Assembly: GCA_021791245.1 (NCBI GenBank)
Contig: JAJYWY010000003.1
Location: forward strand, 1 to 62,446
Origin: Candidatus Micrarchaeota archaeon
GTDB lineage: Archaea > Micrarchaeota > Micrarchaeia > Micrarchaeales > CABMGC01
Reading direction: 5' to 3'
DNA: 62,446 bases
The position numbers and the translations under genes were made by a program. The notes under the pieces are model-generated. The model saw only the letters and a program-made list of their open reading frames with translations, did not search any database and was not told the origin of the DNA. Positions 17,936-27,543 of this stretch are shown here, in pieces. How positions within the stretch are numbered: position 1 is the first letter of the stretch; each line of letters starts with the position of its first letter.

Positions 17936-18844
17936 CTATTCCTGCTTCCTTATCTTCATGAGCTCAAGCACTTCGTTAGCGTTCATGAGGGGTTTCCTTA
18001 CCCTGTCTATGTCATCAGTTGCTATTCTTGGGCATGCAGTGCTGACAAACGCGTCGAACTCCAGCATGTTATCCAAAGAATAGAAGTCAAAAGTATCTCC
18101 TATCAATATTGCGGCATCGTTTCCATTGCTTTCTATAATGTTCTTCAGCATCTTCGCAAGGTTCATGTTGTGCTGGCCTGTCTTCGTGCTCACCAGTATT
18201 CCGAATTTCCTTGCATCAATGCTTCTCATTATCTTGCCTTTTGATGCCTTACTATGTATCTCCCTGTATCTGTCGAGCCATTCCATCTTCTTTATGAATG
18301 GATCTATGGAGAGAAAAGGCTTTGTGGTTCCATATACGGCGCCCAGAGGATGGAATAGCCCTCCGCCGAAATATACAAAGCATTCCACTATACTGTCTAT
18401 TGTTGATGCGCTTCCGACATCGCATCCGAGTATCTGGCCATGCGCCTTTGCAAAGCCATAAGGCTTGCCTATGAATATTTCCTTACCGTTCCTTGAATAA
18501 AACTCCTTTACCTGGCCAAGCTGGTGCAGGTGCTGCACAGTTGTAACTATGCCTATCTTCTTGTATTCCTTGAGCATATCTAGCGAATTGTCTAGTATGC
18601 TCATGTCGGCATCAATTTCATATGGGACATATTCAACGTTAAAGTTCGCTTTTTTGAATTCGTTGTGGCCAAAATGCACGAGCTTGTCTGCCCCTATTGC
18701 TTTCGCTTCTTCTATTGCAAGGTCGCAGGCGCCGAAACTCGGAGTTGCAGAAACAAACACTTCGTTTCTTTCTTTTTCTAGAGCTTTGGCATGCTTCAGA
18801 GCATGCTGCTTAAGCCCTTCTGGAAATTGAAGCAATATTTTCAT
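17936..18844 (-). CDS. dph2: Diphthamide biosynthesis enzyme Dph2
   Basis: LLQFPEGLK, FGACDL, HFGH, GQILGCD, FHPLG, STKTGQ, TACPRI. Confidence 0.95.
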   Translation of the reverse strand: MKILLQFPEGLKQHALKHAKALEKERNEVFVSATPSFGACDLAIEEAKAIGADKLVHFGHNEFKKANFNVEYVPYEIDADMSILDNSLDMLKEYKKIGIVTTVQHLHQLGQVKEFYSRNGKEIFIGKPYGFAKAHGQILGCDVGSASTIDSIVECFVYFGGGLFHPLGAVYGTTKPFLSIDPFIKKMEWLDRYREIHSKASKGKIMRSIDARKFGILVSTKTGQHNMNLAKMLKNIIESNGNDAAILIGDTFDFYSLDNMLEFDAFVSTACPRIATDDIDRVRKPLMNANEVLELMKIRKQE

Positions 18845-18868
18845 GCAATCCGTATATGTATTTAGGAA

Positions 18869-19399
18869 TTAGGCTGCCACTTTCCTTTCAATGTTTATCT
18901 TGTAAGTGCCTGAAAGCTTTGATGATGCCCTCTTAAGCGCTTCTTTCGCAACGTTTGTTTTATCGGCCTTTACCTTAACTATGAAAACATTCTGGTTTTT
19001 CTTTATTCTTGCAGCTACCATGGATGCCTTACCGAATGAGAGCGTCATTCCCTTAGAGATTCTGTCTGCGCCTGCCCCCATAGCCATTTTCTTCTCGCGT
19101 ACCACGCTGTGCGGATACGTGAGCACTTTCATGAAATAGTTGCCCGGAAGCTCCCTTTCAAGGTGCTTGTTTGCCACCTGTCTTGCAGCTTCTAGCGCAT
19201 TTGATCTTATCTGTACGTACTGGTTGGAGCTCAGCGTGGCGATTGTGTCGAAAGCGCCGGCATCCTTTCCCATATTGAAGACAAGAAGGCTCGTGTGCGG
19301 CAACGCCTTAACGTAGTTCTTCCTCGGTTTTTTTATCGAGTATCTAGCCCATGCCTGGCTGCTTATGTATCTCATGCTTCTTGCAGGTCTAAGCCTCAT
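18869..19399 (-). CDS. rpl10e: 50S ribosomal protein uL16 (L10e)
   Basis: LRPAR, QIRSNALEAAR, YPHSVVREKKMA.GAGADRIS.GM..SFGK. Confidence 0.95.
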   Translation of the reverse strand: MRLRPARSMRYISSQAWARYSIKKPRKNYVKALPHTSLLVFNMGKDAGAFDTIATLSSNQYVQIRSNALEAARQVANKHLERELPGNYFMKVLTYPHSVVREKKMAMGAGADRISKGMTLSFGKASMVAARIKKNQNVFIVKVKADKTNVAKEALKRASSKLSGTYKINIERKVAA

Positions 19400-19460
19400 A
19401 ATAATCCCTGTTAAATCAAAATGCAGTTCTTCTATTTAGTTGCGAAAGGTATAAAACATT

Positions 19461-19757
19461 TTAGAGAGTGTGGTTCTTTATCACTTTTATTGCCTTGTCT
19501 ATCGCTCTCCTTATATCATTTACATTCTTTGCGCCTGTGCATATTATCTTGCCGTTCTTGAAGATCAGCAAAGCGGTCTTTGGCTCATTTATCTTACATA
19601 TTGCACCTGGAAATTGCTCTGGCTCATAGTCTATGTCTGTTGAAGATTTAGCCACCCCGTAGAGGTCTATGTCAACACCGAGATCCGCGCTAGCAACTAT
19701 ATTCACTATTCTGTAGTCTGGATGCAACACTCTGGCTCTCTTCTTAGTTTTTGCCAT
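19461..19757 (-). CDS. tbp: Single-repeat TATA-box-binding protein (half TBP, copy A)
   Basis: IVNIVASADL...IDL...YEPEQFPGAI...EPK..LLIFKNGKIICTGAK; only one TBP repeat in 98 aa. Confidence 0.9.
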   Translation of the reverse strand: MAKTKKRARVLHPDYRIVNIVASADLGVDIDLYGVAKSSTDIDYEPEQFPGAICKINEPKTALLIFKNGKIICTGAKNVNDIRRAIDKAIKVIKNHTL

Positions 19758-19852
19758 TTAAACCGTTTATATATCCTTGCGCAAGGTATTTATAGATATT
19801 TTTATATATCACTTTGCTAAATATCCTGTTATCTGTTATATTAGTGTTTTAT

Positions 19853-20137
19853 ATGACCTCAAAAGGAATCTTCTCAAGAAGCACGCGGAAGCTTGCGAAG
19901 CATCACAAGCCATCAAGGCTTACTATAACCGAGAAGATAAAAAGCTTCAGGCCTGGAGACAAAGTAGTAGTTCTTCAAAAAGGCAATTTCCGCGACATAC
20001 CGCACCCAAGATATAGGGGCAGAGTCGGTGATGTTGTGGAGAGGAGGGGCTCGGCATATGTGGTAAAAATAGAGGTATCGAAATCAATAACTAGAAAGCT
20101 TATTGTACCACAGAGACATCTTGAGAGTGTGCGCTAA
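19853..20137 (+). CDS. rpl21e: 50S ribosomal protein eL21
   Basis: SKG..SRSTRKL, F.PGDKV, PHPRYRGRVG.V..RRGSAY, P.HL. Confidence 0.92.
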   Translation: MTSKGIFSRSTRKLAKHHKPSRLTITEKIKSFRPGDKVVVLQKGNFRDIPHPRYRGRVGDVVERRGSAYVVKIEVSKSITRKLIVPQRHLESVR

Positions 20138-20151
20138 TCTAAAAAATGTGA

Positions 20152-20346
20152 TTGCATATGGACGTAATTAAATCTAGCAATAAGAATCCTGTGGTGGTGG
20201 ACGTACTTGTTATAGACGATGTTCCATCTTTAGTACAGGAAAAATATAATCCTGACAAGCATGAGTTATTCATAAACGGGCTGAGAGGTACTCTAAGAAG
20301 GAAGCAGGAAGATAATAAAACAATAAGATTCGATGTGTATTTGTAA
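20152..20346 (+). CDS. Small hypothetical protein
   Basis: 64-aa ORF directly downstream of rpl21e with a TGTGA SD-like motif. Confidence 0.5.
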   Translation: MHMDVIKSSNKNPVVVDVLVIDDVPSLVQEKYNPDKHELFINGLRGTLRRKQEDNKTIRFDVYL

Positions 20347-20537
20347 AAGTACTATTTTCTCCCAATGAGACATGAATTCTGTTACAGGGATAATTCTTTA
20401 GTTCATATATCCCAAACAGATAATATGGGTTTTATGCTTTACATAAAGTATTGATACACCCAATATAATAAAATCTGATACCCCACGCAGAAGTTGCCAC
20501 ATTTATATATCTTATGTCTTATTATCTACTGATTTTG

Positions 20538-20654
20538 ATGCAAATAAAAGTTAAGAAGAAGCACAGGAAGCTGGGAAAGGATTATAGGAAGAAAAAGAAA
20601 CTTTTCAGGCTCAAGAAAGATGCAAGGAAGAGATTTAGAACTTCCAGAAAGTAA
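20538..20654 (+). CDS. 38-aa highly basic peptide (eS32/eL41-like candidate)
   Basis: Manual translation MQIKVKKKHRKLGKDYRKKKKLFRLKKDARKRFRTSRK; TTTATATA TATA-like box at ~20502. Confidence 0.6.
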   Translation: MQIKVKKKHRKLGKDYRKKKKLFRLKKDARKRFRTSRK

Positions 20655-21303
20655 GAATAGGCCCTTGCTTCGATAAGCTGACATTGAAATTCGAAGAGTT
20701 TTAGGCAGTTGTATTTATTTTCATTAGCAGCAGCCTTTATTGCTTTAAATGCCAAAAGGCATATCGACCCGTTTAGCACCTTCAAAAGCTTGCCCTCGCA
20801 AAAGAACCATAATAATAAACGTTTTTTAGATAATCTTTATATAGCCTGAAAACGCAAATTATTTGTGGAAATTGACACTTCTAGCAAATATATGATATCT
20901 CCAATAGTAGAAGTGCTTGGAGGAGGAGTAAGAAAGGAGAGCCAAGGCAGGCATAGGCAAGAATCAAATACAAACTTCGGAAAAAGCGAAAATAAAGATG
21001 CAACATTTGGGCTTCTGCTTAGAAATTCTGAATCAACTAAGGCAAACCAGGCAAACAGCGGAGCTATGCTCCCATTAATAGAAAGCTCATCATTAGCTAT
21101 CATGGCAATAAAATATAACAGAAGAGGAGAAGCCGTAGGGAAGAACCAGGGCAATCGCATAGACAGGAAAGCGTAATCCCTCTTGGCAAAGTATTGCAAT
21201 ATTGGTGGGCATTTAAGGCATATTGGTCTTATAATAAACGTAATGCAGCCAGATTCAGAAACTAGTTTCTATCAGAGAAATGGATGGGGCATTAGCACTT
21301 CCT

Positions 21304-21561
21304 TTACTCTTGCGCTTCTCCCGCAGCAGGCATGCTGCTTACTATTATTGTCTCTTCGATGCTTCTTACTCTCTTGTACGCGACGCTGTTTTTCATTAGC
21401 GCATTCCTAAGGTCATCGCTTCTTTGTATATTCGGTAGTTTTGAGAAGAGAAGATGCGAAACATTTCCGTCCTCTAGATTAAGTATAACTTCCTCTACAA
21501 GCCCCAGCTTCCTTCCATCAGTAGTCAATACGTTTTTTCCGTATAAATCAGATATTCTCAT
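21304..21561 (-). CDS. Stand-alone PRC-barrel domain protein
   Basis: MRISDLYGKNVLTTDGRKLGLVEEVILN...V.Y.RVRSI.ETIIV; GGTGA SD 4 nt upstream of ATG 21561. Confidence 0.9.
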   Translation of the reverse strand: MRISDLYGKNVLTTDGRKLGLVEEVILNLEDGNVSHLLFSKLPNIQRSDDLRNALMKNSVAYKRVRSIEETIIVSSMPAAGEAQE

Positions 21562-21571
21562 ATTTTCACCA

Positions 21572-22114
21572 TCATATGTCAAGCCTCTGTATCTTCTTTG
21601 CAGCAAATATTCTTATAATATATTCGTTCAATTCGTTTGTGAATGATTTCGTGTCTTTTTTTCTCTCTTCAAGCTCTTCAGGCGTAAACAAGTGCTCGTT
21701 GTTTTCAACAAGAAAATCAATGTATTCTTTATTCATAGAATAATATTTTTCGTTGCATTTCCTGCAGATCAGTATCGGCACAACCGGAACTTCCTTTACT
21801 GATAAAATATCGCAAACATCGAATTCCCTGGCAATATCCCCCTTGCATTTAGGGCATTTTACGTATATGGATATGCCATTGTAGTCTCTCTTGAATTTTA
21901 AATGCAAAAAACACTCATGGCCAAGCATCTCTTCCAATATAATCTCTGGCGTCTTGTCTTTGAAATATGCCTGCTTCACAATTTCCCCCTTATGCGTAAC
22001 CTCTGTGAATAGTATGCCTGATTTCGTCCTCTCAAGCAGGGAACACTTGCGTACTCCATGGCTCATATAGAATTCTGTTACTGCACGATTTCCAGACCAC
22101 AATATGCCGCCCAT
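21572..22114 (-). CDS. Hypothetical zinc-ribbon protein
   Basis: CPKC...VPILICRKCNEKYY. Confidence 0.65.
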   Translation of the reverse strand: MGGILWSGNRAVTEFYMSHGVRKCSLLERTKSGILFTEVTHKGEIVKQAYFKDKTPEIILEEMLGHECFLHLKFKRDYNGISIYVKCPKCKGDIAREFDVCDILSVKEVPVVPILICRKCNEKYYSMNKEYIDFLVENNEHLFTPEELEERKKDTKSFTNELNEYIIRIFAAKKIQRLDI

Positions 22115-22339
22115 TTAGTCACCTTCCTTCAATACATAGCTGCTTATGTCTTTCTTTATTATCCTGTTTCTTTTCTCTGATGCTGCGCTCTTAACGGCAT
22201 ACTTTGATATCTCCTTTGCCTTCTTTTCAAGCAATGCCGCAATTGCCTCAGCGCCATCATCGGTTATCTTCGCCTTTACATACTTCTTTATTATTTTCTT
22301 TATTACTTGCTTCGATATGGCTGGCATTTTCTTCTGCAT
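22115..22339 (-). CDS. Archaeal histone-fold protein
   Basis: ISKQVIKKIIK...KITDDGAEAIA.LLE.KAKEISKYAV..A....RNRI.KKDI fits a histone-fold pattern. Confidence 0.8.
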   Translation of the reverse strand: MQKKMPAISKQVIKKIIKKYVKAKITDDGAEAIAALLEKKAKEISKYAVKSAASEKRNRIIKKDISSYVLKEGD

Positions 22340-22628
22340 TCAAATCAGCACTCAAGATCCTCATCATCAATCAGAAGATTTGGCTCATCACAGTTTTATT
22401 CTTCAGGCAAAACTTAAAAATACATCTATGCGCGGCATGTTCCACAAGCTTATTAAAAGTACACAATATTTAGGGATTGGCAATGGCATACATTGCAATT
22501 TTGTTGATTGAAGAGAATGAAAAGGATAATGCGCGCAGGCAAATGCCGTTTTACATAGATTGCATGGAACTTCCCGTATTTTTAGGGAATGTTAATAAAG
22601 TTTCATGCCAATATAATTTGGTGGTAAT

Positions 22629-22949
22629 ATGACAGTAAAACCTGTTAGCAAAGCTGATTTTGAGAAAGAAGTTCTGGATTCAAAGCTCCCTGTAATTATA
22701 GATTTCTGGGCTTCCTGGTGTGGCCCATGCCGTATGTTCTCTCCAATAATAGATGATGTATCAAAGGAATACGATGGAAAAGTCTCTTTTGTCAAGCTCA
22801 ATACCGATGAGAATCCTGATATCGCGGCTAGATACAACATAATGAGCATACCAACCGTCATGCTTTTTGAAAAAGGAGAAGTAAAAGCGATGTCGGTTGG
22901 CGTAATGCCTAGGGAATCACTCAAAAAATGGATCAACTCGAATATATGA
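22629..22949 (+). CDS. trxA: Thioredoxin
   Basis: DFWASWCGPC, IMSIPT. Confidence 0.97.
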   Translation: MTVKPVSKADFEKEVLDSKLPVIIDFWASWCGPCRMFSPIIDDVSKEYDGKVSFVKLNTDENPDIAARYNIMSIPTVMLFEKGEVKAMSVGVMPRESLKKWINSNI

Positions 22950-22960
22950 TTGGTTAAGAT

Positions 22961-24232
22961 ATGGAACTATCGCAGCCCAGGGGTATGAGGGACTATAATA
23001 TATATGAGGCAGAAACAAGAAGGAACATAGTGGTAAAAATAGAGGATATATTCAAACGATTCGGATTCAATCCTCTTGAAACACCAGCATTAGAGAGCAT
23101 TGATATACTTAACGCAAAGGCTTATGGCGAGGAAAGCTCAAAAGAGCTTTACGTGCTTGAAGGGGAGAAAACAGGATTGCGCTATGATCTGACCGTTCCC
23201 CTCGCTAGATATGTAAGCATGAACAAAGACATTCCGCTTCCTTTCAAGAGATATCAGATAGGCTATGTTTGGAGGAAAGAAGAACCGCAAAAGATGCGCT
23301 ACAGGGAGTTTTTGCAGGCTGATATAGATATAGTCGGCAGCTCAAGCATAGCAAGCGATGCCGAGGTCATAGCAGCTGCGGCATATGCCCTTGAAGAGCT
23401 TGGCATACAGGGCTATACAATATTCCTAAACAGCAGGATGCTGCTAAATAAGATACTTTCATTCTTTGGGATAAAGAATGATAGGCTGAATGATGCAATA
23501 AGGATTATTGACAAACTTTATAAGATAGGGATGGAGGAGGCAGAGGCACAGCTGATGCCTATGTGCGAAAGGAGCAGGGAGCTTGTAGAATTCATGGCAA
23601 AGGAAGAAGAAGACAGTGAGAAGTTTCTTAGGCTGGCTTCAAACATGCCAGAAGCTGCTGCCGAGATAGATGAGATAAAGAACCTTATCGCCTTACTTAA
23701 AGAATACAATCTTAACAATAACATAAAGCTTGACATATCCATAGCAAGAGGCTTAGACTATTACACAGGGCTTATCTGGGAATTTGTTGTATTCGATGAC
23801 GGCGGCAAAAGACTGCCTACAATAGTATCTGGTGGCAGATACGACAAGCTCATAGGGATATATTCGGATAAGGATATGCCTGCTACGGGCATATCGATAG
23901 GTATAGACAGAATCATAGACGTGATGATGCACAAGGGCATTGGCGCATCCGGTAGGAGAAAAGTATTCATAGTAGTTATAGGCAGAGACAATTTGCCTTA
24001 TTCTATAAATGCCGCAAATGCATTGAGGTCGGCAGGGATATGTGCGGATCTTGACGTAACAACAAGGAACATATCCAAGCAGCTTGAATATGCTAACAGC
24101 ATGAAGTTCGAATACGCTCTGATAATAGGCAACAGTGAGAGAAATGCGAATAAGGTCAGGATAAGGAATCTTGTGGCTGGCGAAGAGCAAGATTTAAGTA
24201 TAGAAGAAGCAGTGAATATATTAAAAAGTTGA
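22961..24232 (+). CDS. hisS: Histidine--tRNA ligase
   Basis: PRGMRDY, LRYDLTVPLARY, RYREFLQADIDI, ARGLDYYTG, GGRYD. Confidence 0.97.
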   Translation: MELSQPRGMRDYNIYEAETRRNIVVKIEDIFKRFGFNPLETPALESIDILNAKAYGEESSKELYVLEGEKTGLRYDLTVPLARYVSMNKDIPLPFKRYQIGYVWRKEEPQKMRYREFLQADIDIVGSSSIASDAEVIAAAAYALEELGIQGYTIFLNSRMLLNKILSFFGIKNDRLNDAIRIIDKLYKIGMEEAEAQLMPMCERSRELVEFMAKEEEDSEKFLRLASNMPEAAAEIDEIKNLIALLKEYNLNNNIKLDISIARGLDYYTGLIWEFVVFDDGGKRLPTIVSGGRYDKLIGIYSDKDMPATGISIGIDRIIDVMMHKGIGASGRRKVFIVVIGRDNLPYSINAANALRSAGICADLDVTTRNISKQLEYANSMKFEYALIIGNSERNANKVRIRNLVAGEEQDLSIEEAVNILKS

Positions 24233-24236
24233 TAGC

Positions 24237-24737
24237 ATGTCGAATTCTGAAGTAGACCAAATTACAAGGGAAACGCTTGAAAAGGGAGGCATACTTGCAA
24301 AACTTTATTTTGACATGCAGAGCGAGAAGCAGGATGACCTGCAGCCCATAATGGCGGACTTGATAAATAATAGGCTTCTAAAGATAAAAGGGGTTGTATA
24401 CTGCTATGGGAGCATAGATGAGCCGATAAAGATAGATAGTGTCTACACCACAAATGCGGAGGTTACCGCCCTTTTCATAGGGATAGGGCCAATGATAACG
24501 GTTATCTTCAACTTCGTTCCTGCAGGCATAGAGATAATAAAGCCGGAACGGGAGCTGCGCCTCAAAATCAATGAGCTTCAAAGCCTGATGCTTGAAATGT
24601 CGCAGATATCCCTAGACTACTCTAAGTATATATTGGAGAAGGTTATGACAAAGGAGGACTATGCGAAGGTAATGGAGCATATGAGGAATAGAGAGGATAT
24701 AGGAAGGAAGCTCTTGGAAAAGAAGGATGAAAAATAG
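24237..24737 (+). CDS. Hypothetical protein coupled to hisS
   Basis: 166-aa ORF starting 4 nt after the hisS stop. Confidence 0.75.
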   Translation: MSNSEVDQITRETLEKGGILAKLYFDMQSEKQDDLQPIMADLINNRLLKIKGVVYCYGSIDEPIKIDSVYTTNAEVTALFIGIGPMITVIFNFVPAGIEIIKPERELRLKINELQSLMLEMSQISLDYSKYILEKVMTKEDYAKVMEHMRNREDIGRKLLEKKDEK

Positions 24738-24873
24738 CACCGATACCATTCCAAATATGGACAATGAATAAACATTAAGGACGAGGATTAATTCTTCAGC
24801 ATAGCACCAGATGCTACAACAAATCAGGTAGCAGAAATGGGATGTAACTTCGCAGCTCAAATTGGCGAGTTTA

Positions 24874-24923
24874 ACAATGTGGGCGGGAAATCCCACACCA
24901 TTCATGGGCGGGAAGGAGGTAAC
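24874..24923 (+). repeat. IS200/IS605 right-end-like hairpin repeat, copy 1
   Basis: ACAATGTGGGCGGGAAATCCCACACCATTCATGGGCGGGA-AGGAGGTAAC; 35/40 identical to 30973-31012. Confidence 0.6.
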
Positions 24924-25007
24924 ATGTCTAAACCAAGAGTCTATGGACAATTCTGCCGCATAAGATAAATATAAATAGATGAAAAATAAAATATTATTGC
25001 GATATTT

Positions 25008-26414
25008 ATGGCATTATCCAAAACGGAAAAAACTGAGGAAGAGCTGAAGGACGATGCTAAAATTAGGCGCGAGATGGGGCTTCAGCTCCTATATGCAATA
25101 ATAGAAGCGCAGGATACCAGGAATTATGAGAAAGTTAAGAGCCTTGTAAAGAAAGGGGCAGACGTAAATGCAGAGAACAGGGAAGGGCAGACTCCGCTCA
25201 TTGTTGCTGTAAAGCTGAGGGATTTGGAAAGTTTCTCAATCTTGATATCAAAATACCCAAATATAGCGAAGGCGGACAGACTTGGAGAGAATGGCAGGGG
25301 ACGGGCAGCTATAGGATATCTTGACAGTTTCAATTATTCAGACAAAGCAACCTTAAGAAACAGGATTACAGAAGACCCGTATTCTGCGACAGAGATAGCC
25401 ATGTATTCGGTACTAGATTTTGCGTTTAAAGCAGCAAAGGATTTCCAGGATAGCATAAATAAAATGACAAATGAAGAAAAGCGAAATCTCGATGCATTTG
25501 GCAATAAGCTTATGGAAGATAAGGAGAATAGAAAAAATGAGCTCGGAGAAACAATCGATGCAATGATAAACAGCCTGAAAGATTTATATGCATCTACGCC
25601 TGATGCCGACAGGCACAGGCTTGGGACAGCAGCGTTAATAGATGAATTGGATAGGTTAAAACCGAATGCATTGAAGCTTTTGGAGCATTACATGCCTGTT
25701 GAAGACGCAATTGCGCATATAGGCAAAACAGGCACATTCAAGCCTGAATATGAAATTAAAAATGTTGAGGAAGAAAAGAAGGCAAAGGCCATACCTGAGA
25801 AAGCCAATACCATACTTGAGGATCTAAAGGAAGAAGTTGCCGCCCCGGTATATTTAAAGTACATGGAGAAGCGAGCTGCCGAGATAGAGGAAATGCTCAA
25901 GGGAATAATGAATAAAAAAGGGAACAACGAGCCTTTAGAGGAAGCGGTGAGAGCACTAAACCTTGAGATGGGGCATTTTGTAAGGGATCATAATTCCGTT
26001 CTGCGCGCGGATAAGGTCACTTATGATATAAACAACAAAGTAGCGAACCTTATAGAAGGCTTAAATGCAAAGATCTTAGAAGTTGGCAAGGCGCTTGACA
26101 GGAAAGTGCTGAGCGTAAACGTTGGCAGCATGGCTAAAGAGAGCATTGATGACCTGCTCAAAGATGACGAACTGCTATTTGCAGAAGCGAAGCAGATAGA
26201 AAGTATAACAGAGGTTATTTGGAAAGAGATGATTAAGGATATAGCAATGATTTCCAAAGCACATGGCATCTCCGAAGACACATTTTATAAAGAGTACCTG
26301 GAATACCACAAGATGCTAATAAAGCTCAGGGAGTCGCTAATAGGGATGCAGAGGAACAGGCCTAAGAAGGCAGAACCTCTCAAGGCAAACCTGATATCAG
26401 AAGAAGCGCAATAA
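25008..26414 (+). CDS. Ankyrin-repeat protein with long helical/coiled-coil region
   Basis: VKSLVKKGADVNAENREGQTPLIVA ankyrin motif. Confidence 0.8.
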   Translation: MALSKTEKTEEELKDDAKIRREMGLQLLYAIIEAQDTRNYEKVKSLVKKGADVNAENREGQTPLIVAVKLRDLESFSILISKYPNIAKADRLGENGRGRAAIGYLDSFNYSDKATLRNRITEDPYSATEIAMYSVLDFAFKAAKDFQDSINKMTNEEKRNLDAFGNKLMEDKENRKNELGETIDAMINSLKDLYASTPDADRHRLGTAALIDELDRLKPNALKLLEHYMPVEDAIAHIGKTGTFKPEYEIKNVEEEKKAKAIPEKANTILEDLKEEVAAPVYLKYMEKRAAEIEEMLKGIMNKKGNNEPLEEAVRALNLEMGHFVRDHNSVLRADKVTYDINNKVANLIEGLNAKILEVGKALDRKVLSVNVGSMAKESIDDLLKDDELLFAEAKQIESITEVIWKEMIKDIAMISKAHGISEDTFYKEYLEYHKMLIKLRESLIGMQRNRPKKAEPLKANLISEEAQ

Positions 26415-26415
26415 C

Positions 26416-27516
26416 TCAGTACACGAGATGCAACATCCTCTTTAGCATTAGTGTTGGCCTGTCCATATCGCCTTTTTCGCTCAGCAGCCTCTCGATCCCA
26501 ATACGCTTCATCAGCTTCATAGTGTTTGACATCTGCTTCACAGACATGTTTGAGTACAGCCAATGGGCCAGTGAGTGCATCCTAAAGTCATTCATGAAAT
26601 CTCTTCTCCATTCCTGCTCGTACTTTGCAAGGGAGCATCTGCCTTCAGTGTAGGCTTTGACAGCATGTGCAGCCTTTAGCGCAGCGCTGCCGCCGAATAT
26701 TATTCCGCCCCCAGTCGTAGGCTTTACATGTCCTGCTGCGTCCCCTATAAGCAGAACTTCATTCTTTTCATCGACAAACCTTCTCCTGAGCCCTATGGGT
26801 ATGACGCTTGCCCATCCTGATCTCATTTTCGCATTGCCCATTACTTCTTGTATTCTCGAATCTGCTATGAACATGTCAAATGCCTTCTTGCTGTTTCCGT
26901 AAGCTCTGTCTATGCCAAGGCCCACTTCTATAATGTCTTTAGACTCTGCAGCTATCCATCCAAAGAATCCAGGCATGCCTTTCCTGTCGAAAAACAGTTT
27001 CACTACTGAATTATCTTCTAATATTGCGCCTTCATATTCGGCCCTGTAAGTAAGTATCTGATCTCCATATGAATGAAACCTGAATGCCCTTGCAACCTCC
27101 GAGTTGAATCCGTCTGCGCCTACTATTATATGCTCTTTCGATAGCGAAAGTATATCCTCAGTATTCAGTCTTTTCCCTGTCTTAATCTCGATGCCTGCAT
27201 CCTTGCACTCATTAAGCAGCCTCCTGTTTAGCTCGGTCCTGTTTATCGCATAAGCCTGTGGATGCTGTGACTTTATGTGCATTACCTCCTTTCCGCAGTA
27301 TATATCTGCGCCATAGAATATGTTGCCTGCCATATTCCCATAATCAAGACCTATAGATTTAAGGCCGTTTATGGATATTATGCCAGATGCCCTTGCAGGA
27401 TTTCCAGGCGCCGGGTTCTGGTCGTAGACCTCTACCTCAAGGCCAAGATCCCCTGCTTTTTTTGCGAATATCAAACCGGCAGTTCCGGCACCTATAACGA
27501 TTATTTTTTTCTTCAT
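26416..27516 (-). CDS. Geranylgeranyl reductase family FAD oxidoreductase
   Basis: VIGAGTAG, VGADG, PGFFGWI, LIGDAAGHVKPTTGGGI. Confidence 0.88.
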   Translation of the reverse strand: MKKKIIVIGAGTAGLIFAKKAGDLGLEVEVYDQNPAPGNPARASGIISINGLKSIGLDYGNMAGNIFYGADIYCGKEVMHIKSQHPQAYAINRTELNRRLLNECKDAGIEIKTGKRLNTEDILSLSKEHIIVGADGFNSEVARAFRFHSYGDQILTYRAEYEGAILEDNSVVKLFFDRKGMPGFFGWIAAESKDIIEVGLGIDRAYGNSKKAFDMFIADSRIQEVMGNAKMRSGWASVIPIGLRRRFVDEKNEVLLIGDAAGHVKPTTGGGIIFGGSAALKAAHAVKAYTEGRCSLAKYEQEWRRDFMNDFRMHSLAHWLYSNMSVKQMSNTMKLMKRIGIERLLSEKGDMDRPTLMLKRMLHLVY

Positions 27517-27543
27517 AGAAGCAGTGAATGTATATTGGGTAAA

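Noticed and set aside
20837..21410. ORFs of 120, 103 and 75 aa in the gap after the basic peptide
   Set aside because: No recognisable motifs, mutually overlapping on opposite strands, no clear SD; cannot support any of them
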